This document shows positions 1-14,584 of a stretch of 64,000 bases of DNA, piece by piece (within the stretch, counting starts at the first letter, position 1; each line of letters opens with the position of its first letter). The stretch is taken from assembly GCA_002269645.1 (NCBI GenBank), contig NIVC01000036.1, positions 248,001-312,000 on the forward strand, given 5' to 3'. Source of the stretch: Macrostomum lignano (taxonomy: Eukaryota). The position numbers were made by a program, and so were the translations under genes. A model generated the notes under the pieces. That model did no database searches, had not been told where the DNA came from, and worked only from the letters and a program-made list of their open reading frames with translations.

Positions 1-71
1 TGTCCGGGTATTTATATAGATAATAAGCGTTGAAAATGTCCTAACGATATTGCTTGGCCGCGTTAACGTGA

Positions 72-2060
72 TCACGTGACGTTCGTGGCCAGCCTATTGC
101 TGTTGCCTCTGCAGGCCGCTGCTGTGGCCGGTCCGTCTGCAGTGTCCGGCCACTTGGCCCGCTGCAACGGACTGTACGGCCGCATGTAGGACGGCAGGGC
201 GCCGCTGGCGTCCGGTGGATTGGCGCGACCGCCTGGCGCGGCCTGAGGCTGGCCGACGTCTTGAAGCTGGTGCAGCAGGCGGCCTGGGTTGATCGGCTCA
301 GCCCGCCTGCTGCTCCTGGAAGGCGGCGACGGTGGCAGTAGGTGATGTATCTAAGAGACAGGTTCACACACCTGAGACAGTGGCGCGTACCTAATAGACA
401 GGGGTACATACTTAGAGACACATGGTACACAACCTAAGAAACAGAGAAAAGTACCCAAGTAGATACCTACATGAAGAGACAGGACGGTCCCCCTGAGAGG
501 CAGGGGTTCCCCATCTGATATTCTGCGAATCTCTAGAGTCTAGGGGATTCAAATGGAAGAGATGAAAGAGATTCTAACTTCTTGAGACTCTTGCAATTAG
601 TAGGCTAGCTGAGATTCTCGGGCACGTGAAACGAAAAACTTTGAGGCATGAGACTCTTGTACGTGTAGAAAATCTGAGGGTAGAGATTCTAGGGGTAGAG
701 ATTCTCTGGGTAGAGATTCTAGGGGTAGAGATTCTAGGGGTAGAGATTCTAGGGGTAGAGATTCTAGGGGTAGAGATTCTAGGGGTAGAGATTCTAGGGG
801 TAGAGATTCTAGGGGTAGAGATTCTCGGGGTAGAGATTTCCGGGGTAGAGATTCTGAGAGTATAGAGATTCTCGGGGTAGAGACTCTCAAGGTAGAGATT
901 CTCGGGTTAGAGATTTCCGGGGTAGAGATTCTGAGGGTAGAGATTCTCGGGTTAGAGATTCTAGGGGTAGAGATTCTAGGGGTAGAGATTCTCGGGGTAG
1001 AGATTCTCAAGGTAGAGATTCTCAGGTTAGAGATTTCCGGGGTAGAGATTCTGAGGGTAGAGATTCTCGGGTTAGAGATTCTAGGGGTAGAGATTCTAGG
1101 GGTAGAGATTCTAGGGGTAGAGATTCTAGGGGTAGAGATTCTAGGGGTAGAGATTCTCGGGGTAGAGATTCTAGGGGTAGAGATTCTAGGGGTAGAGATT
1201 CTAGGGGTAGAGATTCAAGGGTAGAGATTCTAGGGGTAGAGATTCTAGGGGTAGAGATTCTAGGGGTAGAGATTCTCAGGGTAGAGATTCTCGGGGTAGA
1301 GATTTTCGGGGTAGAGATTCTGAGAGTATAGAGATTCTCGGGTTAGAGATTCTAGGGGTAGAGATTCTAGGGGTAGAGATTCTAGGGGTAGAGATTCAAG
1401 GGTAGAGATTCTAGGGGTAGAGATTCTAGGGGTAGAGATTCTAGGGGTAGAGATTCTAGGGGTAGAGATTCTAGGGGTAGAGATTCTAGGGGTAGAGATT
1501 CTAGGGGTAGAGATTCTAGGGGTAGAGATTCTCAGGTTAGAGATTCTCGGGGTAGAGATTCTTGTGGTAGAGATTCTCGGGGTAGAGATTCTGAGGGTAG
1601 AGATTCTCGGGTTAGAGATTCTAGGGGTAGAGATTCTAGGGGTAGAGATTCTCAGGGTAGAGATTCTCAGGGTAGAGATTCTCAGGGCAGAGATTCTCAG
1701 GGTAGAGATTCTCGGGGTAGAGATTCTAGGGGTAGAGATTCTCAGGGTAGAGATTCTCAGGGCAGAGATTCTCAGGGCAGAGATTCTCAGGGTAGAGATT
1801 CTCGGGGTAGAGATTCTAGGGGTAGAGATTCTCAGGGTAGAGATTCTCAGGGTAGAGATTCTCAGGGCAGAGATTCTCAGGGTAGAGATTCTAGGGGTAG
1901 AGATTTCCGGGGTAGAGATTCTAGGGGTAGAGTCTCTAATGGGGTGGATATCTAAAGAATGAGACTGAAGAACTACTAAGTCGGACAGTTCGCACCAACT
2001 TACAACACGGGCAGCTTAGTGGGTGCCGGCATTCGTTGAAACTTTGGCTGCTGCTGTTGC

Positions 2061-2093
<33 letters not shown>

Positions 2094-2265
2094 GGTTGCC
2101 TACCAAGTCTGCGCTGCTGCTTGTCAAGTTGATTCTTCAACTGCTGCTGACCCTGGTGACCAGCGACTCTGTGCTGCCTGGCGCAGTCTCCGGCTGGTAG
2201 CTTTCCAGCTGATTGCTGCTGTTTCTTCGGCTTTCTTTCCTGATTTGGCTGATTTTGGTGACACG

Positions 2266-2297
<32 letters not shown>

Positions 2298-5200
2298 GAC
2301 AGCTGACGATTGGCGACCGCCGTTACAGTGCCAAGCCTTCCAACACCTTTCATCAGGCGAGACTTGTCCACGCGGCTCTGAGAAGACTTCGACTGTACAA
2401 AAGTTTTTTTTGGGTAACGGGCTTTGATAGGTTGAACGAGTAATTGCAATTACTGCTGATATACATATAGGACTTGGCCATGCATCTGTTTTATTGGATC
2501 TACGAGTACATGTAGGGCTTCATCCTCAATCCTGAATCCTTATACCCCATGCTTAACTATCTGTTAGATCTAGGGATCCACTCTATTAGATCTAGGGATC
2601 TATTCTCCGTTAGATCTAGGGATCCATTCTCTGTTAGATCTAGGGATCCACTCTATTAGATCTAGGGATCCATTCTCTGTTAGATCTAGGGATCCATTCT
2701 CTGTTAGATCTAGGGATCCATTCTCTGTTAGATCTAGGGATCTATTCTCTATTAGATCTAGGGATCCATTCTCTGTTAGATCTAGGGATCTATTCTCCGT
2801 TAGATCTAGGGATCCATTCTCTGTTAGATCTAGGGATCCACTCTATTAGATCTAGGGATCCATTCTCTGTTAGATCTAGGGATCCATTCTCTGTTAGATC
2901 TAGGGATCCATTCTCTGTTAGATCTAGGGATCCATTCTCTGTTAGATCTAGGGATCTATTCTCTATTAGATCTAGGGATCCATTCTCTGTTAGATCTAGG
3001 GATCCATTCTCTGTTAGATCTAGGGATCCATTCTCTGTTAGATCTAGGGATCTATTCTCTATTAGATCTAGGGATCCATTCTCTGTTAGATCTAGGGATC
3101 CATTCTCTGTTAGATCTAGGGAACTATTCTCTGTTAGATCTAGGGATCCATTCTCTGTTAGATCTAGGGATCTATTCTCTATTAGATCTAGGGATCCATT
3201 CTCTGTTAGATCTAGGGATCCATTCTCTGTTAGATCTAGGGAACTATTCTCTGTTAGATCTAGGGAACTATTCTCTATTAGATCTAGGGATCCATTCTCT
3301 ATTAGATCTAGGGATCCATTCTCTATTAGATAGAGGGATCCATTCTCTATTAGATAGAGGGATCTATTCTCTATTAGATCTAGGGATCCATTCTCTGTTA
3401 GATCTAGGGATCCATTCTCTGTTAGATCTAGGGAACTATTCTCTGTTAGATCTAGGGAACTATTCTCTATTAGATTTAGGGAACTATTCTCTATTAGATC
3501 TAGGGATCCATTCTCTATTAGATCTAGGGAACTATTCTCTGTTAGATCTAGGGAACTATTCTCTATTAGATCTAGGGATCCATTCTCTATTAGATCTAGG
3601 GAACTATTCTCTATTAGATCTAGGGATCCATTCTCTATTAGATCTAGGGAACTATTCTCTGTTAGATCTAGGGAACTATTCTCTGTTAGATCTAGGGATC
3701 CATTCTCTATTAGATCTAGGGAACTATTCTCTGTTAGATCTAGGGAACTATTCTCTATTAGATCTAGGGATCCATTCTCTATTAGATCTAGGGATCCATT
3801 CTCTATTAGATCTAGGGATCCATTCTCTATTAGATAGAGGGATCCATTCTCTATTAGATAGAGGGATCCATTCTCTATTAGATAGAGGGATCCATTCTCT
3901 ATTAGATAGAGGGATCCATTCTCTATTAGATAGAGGGATCCATTCTCTGTTAGATCTAGGGATCCATTCTCTATTAGATAGAGGGATCCATTCTCTGTTA
4001 GATCTAGGGATCCATTCTCTATTAGATAGAGGGATCCATTCTCTATTAGATCTAGGGATCCATTCTCTGTTAGATCTAGGGATCCATTCTCTATTAGATC
4101 TAGGGAACTATTCTCTATTAGATAGAGGGATCCATTCTCTATTAGATAGAGGGATCCATTCTCTATTAGATCTAGGGATCCATTCTCTATTAGATCTAGG
4201 GATCCATTCTCTATTAGATCTAGGGATCCATTCTCTATTAGATAGAGGGATCCATTCTCTATTAGATCTAGGGATCCATTCTCTATTAGATCTAGGGATC
4301 CATTCTCTATTAGATCTAGGGATCCATTCTCTATTAGATCTAGGGATCCATTCTCTATTAGATCTAGGGATCCATTCTCTATTAGATAGAGGGATCCATT
4401 CTCTATTAGATCTAGGGATCCATTCTCTATTAGATCTAGGGATCCATTCTCTATTAGATAGAGGGATCCATTCTCTATTAGATCTAGGGATCCATTCTCT
4501 ATTAGATAGAGGGATCCATTCTCTGTTAGATCTAGGGATCCATTCTCTATTAGATCTAGGGATCCATTCTCTGTTAGATCTAGGGATCCATTCTCTATTA
4601 GATCTAGGGATCCATTCTCTATTAGATAGAGGGATCCATTCTCTATTAGATAGAGGGATCCATTCTCTGTTAGATCTAGGGATCCATTCTCTATTAGATC
4701 TAGGGATCCATTCTCTATTAGATCTAGGGATCCATTCTCTATTAGATCTAGGGATCCATTCTCTATTAGATCTAGGGATCCATTCTCTATTAGATCTAGG
4801 GATCCATTCTCTATTAGATCTAGGGATCCATTCTCTATTAGATCTAGGGATCCATTCTCTATTAGATCTAGGGATCCATTCTCTATTAGATCTAGGGATC
4901 CATTCTCTATTAGATCTAGGGATCCATTCTCTATTAGATCTAGGGATCCATTCTCTATTAGATCTAGGGATCCATTCTCTATTAGATAGAGGGATCCATT
5001 CTCTATTAGATCTAGGGATCCATTCTCTATTAGATCTAGGGATCCATTCTCTATTAGATCTAGGGATCCATTCTCTATTAGATCTAGGGATCCATTCTCT
5101 ATTAGATCTAGGGATCCATTCTCTATTAGATAGAGGGATCCATTCTCTATTAGATCTAGGGATCCATTCTCTATTAGATCTAGGGATCCATTCTCTATTA

Positions 5201-8200
5201 GATCTAGGGATCCATTCTCTATTAGATCTAGGGATCCATTCTCTATTAGATCTAGGGATCCATTCTCTATTAGATCTAGGGATCCATTCTCTATTAGATA
5301 GAGGGATCCATTCTCTATTAGATCTAGGGATCCATTCTCTATTAGATCTAGGGATCCATTCTCTATTAGATCTAGGGATCCATTCTCTATTAGATCTAGG
5401 GATCCATTCTCTATTAGATCTAGGGATCCATTCTCTATTAGATAGAGGGATCCATTCTCTATTAGATCTAGGGATCCATTCTCTATTAGATCTAGGGATC
5501 CATTCTCTATTAGATCTAGGGATCCATTCTCTATTAGATCTAGGGATCCATTCTCTATTAGATCTAGGGATCCATTCTCTATTAGATCTAGGGATCCATT
5601 CTCTATTAGATAGAGGGATCCATTCTCTATTAGATCTAGGGATCCATTCTCTATTAGATAGAGGGATCCATTCTCTATTAGATAGAGGGATCCATTCTCT
5701 ATTAGATAGAGGGATCCATTCTCTATTAGATCTAGGGATCCATTCTCTATTAGATAGAGGGATCCATTCTCTATTAGATCTAGGGATCCATTCTCTATTA
5801 GATCTAGGGATCCATTCTCTATTAGATAGAGGGATCCATTCTCTATTAGATCTAGGGATCCATTCTCTATTAGATAGAGGGATCCATTCTCTATTAGATA
5901 GAGGGATCCATTCTCTGTTAGATCTAGGGATCCATTCTCTATTAGATCTAGGGATCCATTCTCTATTAGATCTAGGGATCCATTCTCTATTAGATCTAGG
6001 GATCCATTCTCTATTAGATAGAGGGATCCATTCTCTATTAGATCTAGGGATCCATTCTCTATTAGATAGAGGGATCCATTCTCTATTAGATAGAGGGATC
6101 CATTCTCTATTAGATAGAGGGATCCATTCTCTATTAGATAGAGGGATCCATTCTCTATTAGATCTAGGGATCCATTCTCTATTAGATCTAGGGATCCATT
6201 CTCTATTAGATAGAGGGATCCATTCTCTGTTAGATCTAGGGATCCATTCTCTATTAGATCTAGGGATCCATTCTCTATTAGATCTAGGGATCCATTCTCT
6301 ATTAGATCTAGGGATCCATTCTCTATTAGATAGAGGGATCCATTCTCTATTAGATAGAGGGATCCATTCTCTGTTAGATCTAGGGATCCATTCTCTATTA
6401 AATAGAGGGATCCATTCTCTATTAGATAGAGGGATCCATTCTCTATTAGATAGAGGGATCCATTCTCTATTAGATCTAGGGATCCATTCTCTATTAGATC
6501 TAGGGATCCATTCTCTATTAGATCTAGGGATCCATTCTCTATTAGATAGAGGGATCCATTCTCTATTAGATAGAGGGATCCATTCTCTATTAGATCTAGG
6601 GATCCATTCTCTATTAGATCTAGGGATCCATTCTCTATTAGATCTAGGGATCCATTCTCTATTAGATCTAGGGATCCATTCTCTATTAGATAGAGGGATC
6701 CATTCTCTATTAGATAGAGGGATCCATTCTCTATTAGATCTAGGGATCCATTCTCTATTAGATCTAGGGATCCATTCTCTATTAGATCTAGGGATCCATT
6801 CTCTATTAGATCTAGGGATCCATTCTCTATTAGATCTAGGGATCCATTCTCTATTAGATCTAGGGATCCATTCTCTATTAGATAGAGGGATCCATTCTCT
6901 ATTAGATCTAGGGATCCATTCTCTATTAGATCTAGGGATCCATTCTCTATTAGATCTAGGGATCCATTCTCTATTAGATAGAGGGATCCATTCTCTATTA
7001 GATAGAGGATCCATTCTCTATTAGATAGAGGGATCCATTCTCTATTAGATCTAGGGATCCATTCTCTATTAGATCTAGGGATCCATTCTCTATTAGATCT
7101 AGGGATCCATTCTCTATTAGATCTAGGGATCCATTCTCTATTAGATCTAGGGATCCATTCTCTATTAGATAGAGGATCCATTCTCTATTAGATCTAGGGA
7201 TCCATTCTCTATTAGATCTAGGGATCCATTCTCTATTAGATCTAGGGATCCATTCTCTATTAGATAGAGGATCCATTCTCTATTAGATAGAGGGATCCAT
7301 TCTCTATTAGATCTAGGGATCCATTCTCTATTAGATAGAGGGATCCATTCTCTATTAGATAGAGGGATCCATTCTCTATTAGATCTAGGGATCCATTCTC
7401 TATTAGATAGAGGGATCCATTCTCTATTAGATAGAGGGATCCATTCTCTATTAGATAGAGGGATCCATTCTCTATTAGATCTAGGGATCCATTCTCTATT
7501 AGATAGAGGATCCATTCTCTATTAGATCTAGGGATCCATTCTCTATTAGATCTAGGGATCCATTCTCTATTAGATAGAGGGATCCATTCTCTATTAGATC
7601 TAGGGATCCATTCTCTATTAGATAGAGGGATCCATTCTCTATTAGATAGAGGGATCCATTCTCTATTAGATCTAGGGATCCATTCTCTATTAGATCTAGG
7701 GATCCATTCTCTATTAGATCTAGGGATCCATTCTCTATTAGATCTAGGGATCCATTCTCTATTAGATAGAGGGATCCATTCTCTATTAGATCTAGGGATC
7801 CATTCTCTATTAGATAGAGGGATCCATTCTCTATTAGATAGAGGATCCATTCTCTATTAGATAGAGGGATCCATTCTCTATTAGATCTAGGGATCCATTC
7901 TCTATTAGATCTAGGGATCCATTCTCTATTAGATCTAGGGATCCATTCTCTATTAGATCTAGGGATCCATTCTCTATTAGATAGAGGGATCCATTCTCTA
8001 TTAGATAGAGGATCCATTCTCTATTAGATCTAGGGATCCATTCTCTATTAGATCTAGGGATCCATTCTCTATTAGATCTAGGGATCCATTCTCTATTAGA
8101 TCTAGGGATCCATTCTCTATTAGATAGAGGGATCCATTCTCTATTAGATAGAGGATCCATTCTCTATTAGATCTAGGGATCCATTCTCTATTAGATCTAG

Positions 8201-11200
8201 GGATCCATTCTCTATTAGATCTAGGGATCCATTCTCTATTAGATCTAGGGATCCATTCTCTATTAGATCTAGGGATCCATTCTCTATTAGATCTAGGGAT
8301 CCATTCTCTATTAGATCTAGGGATCCATTCTCTATTAGATCTAGGGATCCATTCTCTATTAGATCTAGGGATCCATTCTCTATTAGATCTAGGGATCCAT
8401 TCTCTATTAGATAGAGGATCCATTCTCTATTAGATCTAGGGATCCATTCTCTATTAGATCTAGGGATCCATTCTCTATTAGATAGAGGGATCCATTCTCT
8501 ATTAGATAGAGGGATCCATTCTCTATTAGATAGGGATCCATTCTCTATTAGATAGAGGGATCCATTCTCTATTAGATCTAGGGATCCATTCTCTATTAGA
8601 TAGAGGATCCATTCTCTATTAGATAGAGGGATCCATTCTCTATTAGATCTAGGGATCCATTCTCTATTAGATAGAGGATCCATTCTCTATTAGATCTAGG
8701 GATCCATTCTCTATTAGATCTAGGGATCCATTCTCTATTAGATCTAGGGATCCATTCTCTATTAGATCTAGGGATCCATTCTCTATTAGATAGAGGATCC
8801 ATTCTCTATTAGATAGAGGATCCATTCTCTATTAGATCTAGGGATCCATTCTCTATTAGATCTAGGGATCCATTCTCTATTAGATCTAGGGATCCATTCT
8901 CTATTAGATCTAGGGATCCATTCTCTATTAGATCTAGGGATCCATTCTCTATTAGATCTAGGGATCCATTCTCTATTAGATCTAGGGATCCATTCTCTAT
9001 TAGATAGGGATCCATTCTCTATTAGATCTAGGGATCCATTCTCTATTAGATCTAGGGATCCATTCTCTATTAGATAGGGATCCATTCTCTATTAGATAGA
9101 GGATCCATTCTCTATTAGATAGAGGGATCCATTCTCTATTAGATAGAGGGATCCATTCTCTATTAGATAGAGGGATCCATTCTCTATTAGATAGAGGGAT
9201 CCATTCTCTATTAGATCTAGGGATCCATTCTCTATTAGATCTAGGGATCCATTCTCTATTAGATCTAGGGATCCATTCTCTATTAGATCTAGGGATCCAT
9301 TCTCTATTAGATCTAGGGATCCATTCTCTATTAGATCTAGGGATCCATTCTCTATTAGATAGGGATCCATTCTCTATTAGATCTAGGGATCCATTCTCTA
9401 TTAGATAGAGGGATCCATTCTCTATTAGATAGAGGATCCATTCTCTATTAGATAGAGGGATCCATTCTCTATTAGATAGAGGGATCCATTCTCTATTAGA
9501 TAGAGGGATCCATTCTCTATTAGATAGGGATCCATTCTCTATTAGATAGGGATCCATTCTCTATTAGATCTAGGGATCCATTCTCTATTAGATAGGGATC
9601 CATTCTCTATTAGATCTAGGGATCCATTCTCTATTAGATCTAGGGATCCATTCTCTATTAGATCTAGGGATCCATTCTCTATTAGATCTAGGGATCCATT
9701 CTCTATTAGATCTAGGGATCCATTCTCTATTAGATCTAGGGATCCATTCTCTATTAGATCTAGGGATCCATTCTCTATTAGATCTAGGGATCCATTCTCT
9801 ATTAGATCTAGGGATCCATTCTCTATTAGATCTAGGGATCCATTCTCTATTAGATCTAGGGATCCATTCTCTATTAGATCTAGGGATCCATTCTCTATTA
9901 GATCTAGGGATCCATTCTCTATTAGATCTAGGGATCCATTCTCTATTAGATCTAGGGATCCATTCTCTATTAGATCTAGGGATCCATTCTCTATTAGATC
10001 TAGGGATCCATTCTCTATTAGATCTAGGGATCCATTCTCTATTAGATCTAGGGATCCATTCTCTATTAGATCTAGGGATCCATTCTCTATTAGATCTAGG
10101 GATCCATTCTCTATTAGATCTAGGGATCCATTCTCTATTAGATCTAGGGATCCATTCTCTATTAGATCTAGGGATCCATTCTCTATTAGATCTAGGGATC
10201 CATTCTCTATTAGATCTAGGGATCCATTCTCTATTAGATCTAGGGATCCATTCTCTATTAGATCTAGGGATCCATTCTCTATTAGATCTAGGGATCCATT
10301 CTCTATTAGATCTAGGGATCCATTCTCTATTAGATCTAGGGATCCATTCTCTATTAGATCTAGGGATCCATTCTCTATTAGATCTAGGGATCCATTCTCT
10401 ATTAGATCTAGGGATCCATTCTCTATTAGATCTAGGGATCCATTCTCTATTAGATCTAGGGATCCATTCTCTATTAGATCTAGGGATCCATTCTCTATTA
10501 GATCTAGGGATCCATTCTCTATTAGATCTAGGGATCCATTCTCTATTAGATCTAGGGATCCATTCTCTATTAGATCTAGGGATCCATTCTCTATTAGATC
10601 TAGGGATCCATTCTCTATTAGATCTAGGGATCCATTCTCTATTAGATCTAGGGATCCATTCTCTATTAGATAGAGGGATCCATTCTCTGTTAGATCTAGG
10701 GATCCATTCTCTATTAGATCTAGGGAACTATTCTCTATTAGATAGAGGGATCCATTCTCTATTAGATAGAGGGATCCATTCTCTATTAGATAGAGGGATC
10801 CATTCTCTGTTAGATCTAGGGATCCATTCTCTATTAGATAGAGGGATCCATTCTCTATTAGATAGAGGATCCATTCTCTATTAGATAGAGGGATCCATTC
10901 TCTATTAGATAGAGGGATCCATTCTCTATTAGATCTAGGGATCCATTCTCTATTAGATAGAGGGATCCATTCTCTATTAGATCTAGGGATCCATTCTCTA
11001 TTAGATCTAGGGATCCATTCTCTATTAGATCTAGGGATCCATTCTCTATTAGATCTAGGGATCCATTCTCTATTAGATCTAGGGATCCATTCTCTATTAG
11101 ATCTAGGGATCCATTCTCTATTAGATCTAGGGATCCATTCTCTATTAGATCTAGGGATCCATTCTCTATTAGATCTAGGGATCCATTCTCTATTAGATCT

Positions 11201-13244
11201 AGGGATCCATTCTCTATTAGATCTAGGGATCCATTCTCTATTAGATCTAGGGATCCATTCTCTATTAGATAGAGGGATCCATTCTCTATTAGATCTAGGG
11301 ATCCATTCTCTATTAGATCTAGGGATCCATTCTCTATTAGATCTAGGGATCCATTCTCTATTAGATCTAGGGATCCATTCTCTATTAGATCTAGGGATCC
11401 ATTCTCTATTAGATCTAGGGATCCATTCTCTATTAGATCTAGGGATCCATTCTCTATTAGATCTAGGGATCCATTCTCTATTAGATCTAGGGATCCATTC
11501 TCTATTAGATAGAGGATCCATTCTCTATTAGATCTAGGGATCCATTCTCTATTAGATCTAGGGATCCATTCTCTATTAGATCTAGGGATCCATTCTCTAT
11601 TAGATCTAGGGATCCATTCTCTATTAGATCTAGGGATCCATTCTCTATTAGATCTAGGGATCCATTCTCTATTAGATAGAGGGATCCATTCTCTATTAGA
11701 TAGAGGGATCCATTCTCTATTAGATCTAGGGATCCATTCTCTATTAGATGAGAGGATCCATTCTCTATTAGATAGAGGGATCCATTCTCTATTAGATCTA
11801 GGGATCCATTCTCTATTAGATCTAGGGATCCATTCTCTATTAGATAGAGGGATCCATTCTCTATTAGATCTAGGGATCCATTCTCTATTAGATAGAGGAT
11901 CCATTCTCTATTAGATCCATATTAGATCTAGGATCCATTCTCTATTAGATGCGAGGATCCAATATCTATTAGATCTTGGAATACATTCTCTATTAGATCT
12001 AGGAATACATTCTTTATTTGATCTTGAGATCCAATCTCTATTTGATTTAAGAGTACTTCTAGGGGTAGTCAGGTCTAAGAGATCCATCCAACATGCAGTC
12101 ATCTGAATCATAAAAAATAGAAAAGGGAATTCACAACATTGAGCACTAACCCGGGGCTTCATCGAGAACAGGCCTCGATGACTGACAACGTAAACCTCCT
12201 GATCTTCCCACTGTCCATCGTCGTCCTCTTTAAATCGGAGTGTCTCCAACGGTGGAAACGGCACGGCGTAGTAGTTCTCGGCGGCAGAGCAGACCCGGTG
12301 GAAGATGCGATAGCCGTGGCGGCGGTTTCGACTATTGGAGGGCTCTGTGGTACGGGACGACAGGCACTTGTGAAGCAATGTACATTATAGGGCAGAGAGG
12401 GTGGCTGAGCAATGTACATTCTAGGGCAGAGAGGGTGGCTGAGCAATGTACATTTTAGGGCAGAAAGGGTTGGCTGGGCAATGTACATTCTAGGACAGAA
12501 GTGGTGGCTGAGCAATGTGCATTCTAGGGCAGAGAGGGTGGCTGAGCAGCAGAGAGGGTGGCTGAGCAATGTGCATTCTAGGGCAGAGAGGGTGGCTGAG
12601 CAATGTGCATTCTAGGGCAGAAAGGGTTGGCTGGGCAATGTACATTCTAGGACAGAAGTGGTGGCTGAGCAATGTAGATTCTAGGGCAGAGAGGGTGGCT
12701 GAGCAATGTACAGTTTAGGGCAGAAAGGGTTGGCTGGGCAATGTACATTCTAGGACAGAAGTGGTGGCTGAGCAATGTACATTCTAGGGGCAGATGTACA
12801 GTGTGTAGAACTGGTGAATGAGCAATGTACAGTCTAAAGCGGAAGTGTAGACTAAACATAGTGCATTAGGGAGGAGGGTTTGGCTGAGCTAAGCAAAAGC
12901 TACGAGTAGATTAAAACAAAATTCAGGGTCTCAAGACTCTTAAAATTGATTGAGATTTTTCGGACAAGATGATCGCTTTTCGTTAAGTATCTCAAGTGCG
13001 AGCGTACTACGTATTAGCTCGGAAAACTACAACAAAAACAGCCATTTTACCTGTCGCAAGCGGCTGCTGGGGCAGATTCGGTTGCTCCTCCTGCTGCTGC
13101 TGCTGCTGCTGCTTTAAAGCTGATGGGGGCTGCTGCGAAGAGTTCTGCTGCTGCGAGTTTGAAGAGCTGGCTGCGACTGTAGCTGGGTTTGTTGGCTGCT
13201 GAGACGACTGAGGCAGCGGCGGTGGAGGTGGTGGTGGCTGCTCT

Positions 13245-13304
<60 letters not shown>

Positions 13305-14424
13305 AAAACCGATTGCGGTTCCGACAAAGACGAAGGCTGAACTGACGCGGAGTTGCCCGTCATGGTCTGCTGGGACACGGTTTGGCTGGTTCCCTGAGAT
13401 GCTTGCTGCTCAGCTGTAGCCGTTGCCGGCAGCTGCGTCTTCAAACTGTCGCTCAGCGACTGCAAAATTCGTCGAATGTTTGTCTCGTCTCGAGTGGCGT
13501 GGATCTGCATGCCAGCATCGCTGGACTGGACCGTCGGCTGCTTTGCGGCTGCGGACGCGTCTTTGGGCTCGTTTTCTTTCGTCTTGCTTTGCACCTGCCA
13601 ATCGTCCGCGTCCGCGTTCGTGGCGCCGTCGTCGTCCTCGAGCATAGCCAGAACAAGACGCTTCTTGTGCCTCCGCCGGCTGGCAACGTAGGGACTCTTA
13701 GTTCGCTGCTGCTTCTGCGAGCTGGGCATCGTCGCTGTGGCGGTGCCGGCGTCCTGAGTAGCGCCGTCTCCGCCGCGGAACAATTTCTGCCAGAACGAGT
13801 CCTTAGACTGGCTCTGACGATCGTCTGGAATCGGAGTCGCCGAGGAGAACTGCTTTTTCTGTTTCTGCTGAGTCAGTAGGCTCTTCTTCTGTTTCTGCTT
13901 TCGACGGGGAGGCTCGATTGTCGCCGTGTCATTGTCGTTGTCTTCTTCTCCTTCGCCATTGTCTGTTTCATCTTCTTCTTCGTCAGTTGTGGCCTCTTCA
14001 ATCTTAGCCTGCTTACCGCGCCTTCGAGACCTTTTGTTCTTGGACTTTCCAGTCGATTTTTTCTCCAACTCGGAGAAGCCGTCTTCCTCGTCCTCCGAAG
14101 TCGGCTCTGTGCAGCTGAACAGCTGACGCCAGATGCTGCCGCCGCTGGCGCTGTTGCGGCCGCTGCTGGCGATGCTGCCGCTGCCGCTGTGCAGCTGCCT
14201 GCGCTTAGCCTGCAGCCTGCGCTGCTGCTTCTTCTTTGCTGTCAGCTGCTGCCCACTTGTTGGCATGACCGGTGTTGTTAGCTGTTCTCTCTCTATAGAG
14301 ACAGGCTCTTTCCCAGTGAGCTGAGGGGCACTGTTGCTAACTAGCACTGAATATGTTAATTGGATCGTATTTTCTTAGAGTTTTCTTACAATTGCCTGCT
14401 CTAACGAATAGTCCACGCTGTCAT
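72..14424 (-). CDS. Uncharacterised low-complexity (polyQ, acidic/basic) multi-exon protein. Proposed exons: 14406-14424 (tentative ATG exon), 13051-14346, 12151-12344, ~2004-2392, and a terminal exon within ~41-350
   Basis: 1.3-kb GC-rich open frame bounded by TTCAG| (14347) and ACAG|GTAAAA (13050). The phase-1 join to CACAG|AG at 12344 gives EPSNSRNRRHGYRIFHRVCSAAENYYAVPFPPLETLRF...MKPR|GTTAGT. The phase-0 join to TTGTACAG|TCG at 2392 gives a polyQ frame. The frame and acceptor of the last exon are ambiguous. No known domain recognised. Confidence 0.6.
675..1932 (+). repeat. 15-bp minisatellite (GGTAGAGATTCTAGG)n
   Basis: Direct tandem repeat with variant blocks; produces the spurious VEILG/RISTP ORFs. 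Confidence 0.97.
2563..12050 (+). repeat. ~9.4-kb 24-bp minisatellite (ATCCATTCTCTATTAGATCTAGGG)n, roughly 390 units, intronic
   Basis: Direct tandem repeat. Variants include GATAGAGGG, 22-23-bp deletion units and CTGTT/GAACTA edge variants; the right end degenerates over 11900-12050. Confidence 0.99.
12372..12800 (+). repeat. 34-bp minisatellite (GAGCAATGTACATTCTAGGGCAGAGAGGGTGGCT)n
   Basis: Period 34 read directly (GAGC at 12407 and 12441); intronic. Confidence 0.93.
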
Positions 14425-14584
14425 GCAGTGGACTGGGGTCAACTCTTGTCCCAGCAAGGCAGAGAAGTTTTGTCTATGGTCCGGCCTATTCAGAGAGAGC
14501 TGCGCCTGAAAGTAGTTTATCATAGGATTCTTGCTTCTTTATATGATTTTTTATTAAAGCCTAATGTACTCATAAGAGAGACAG

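Noticed and set aside
2790-11904. Very long ORFs (up to 1463 aa; LIENGSLD / SNREWIPR repeats)
   Set aside because: They are translations of a stop-free 24-bp satellite, open in two frames at once, with frame switches at 22-23-bp units, and they lie inside a predicted intron
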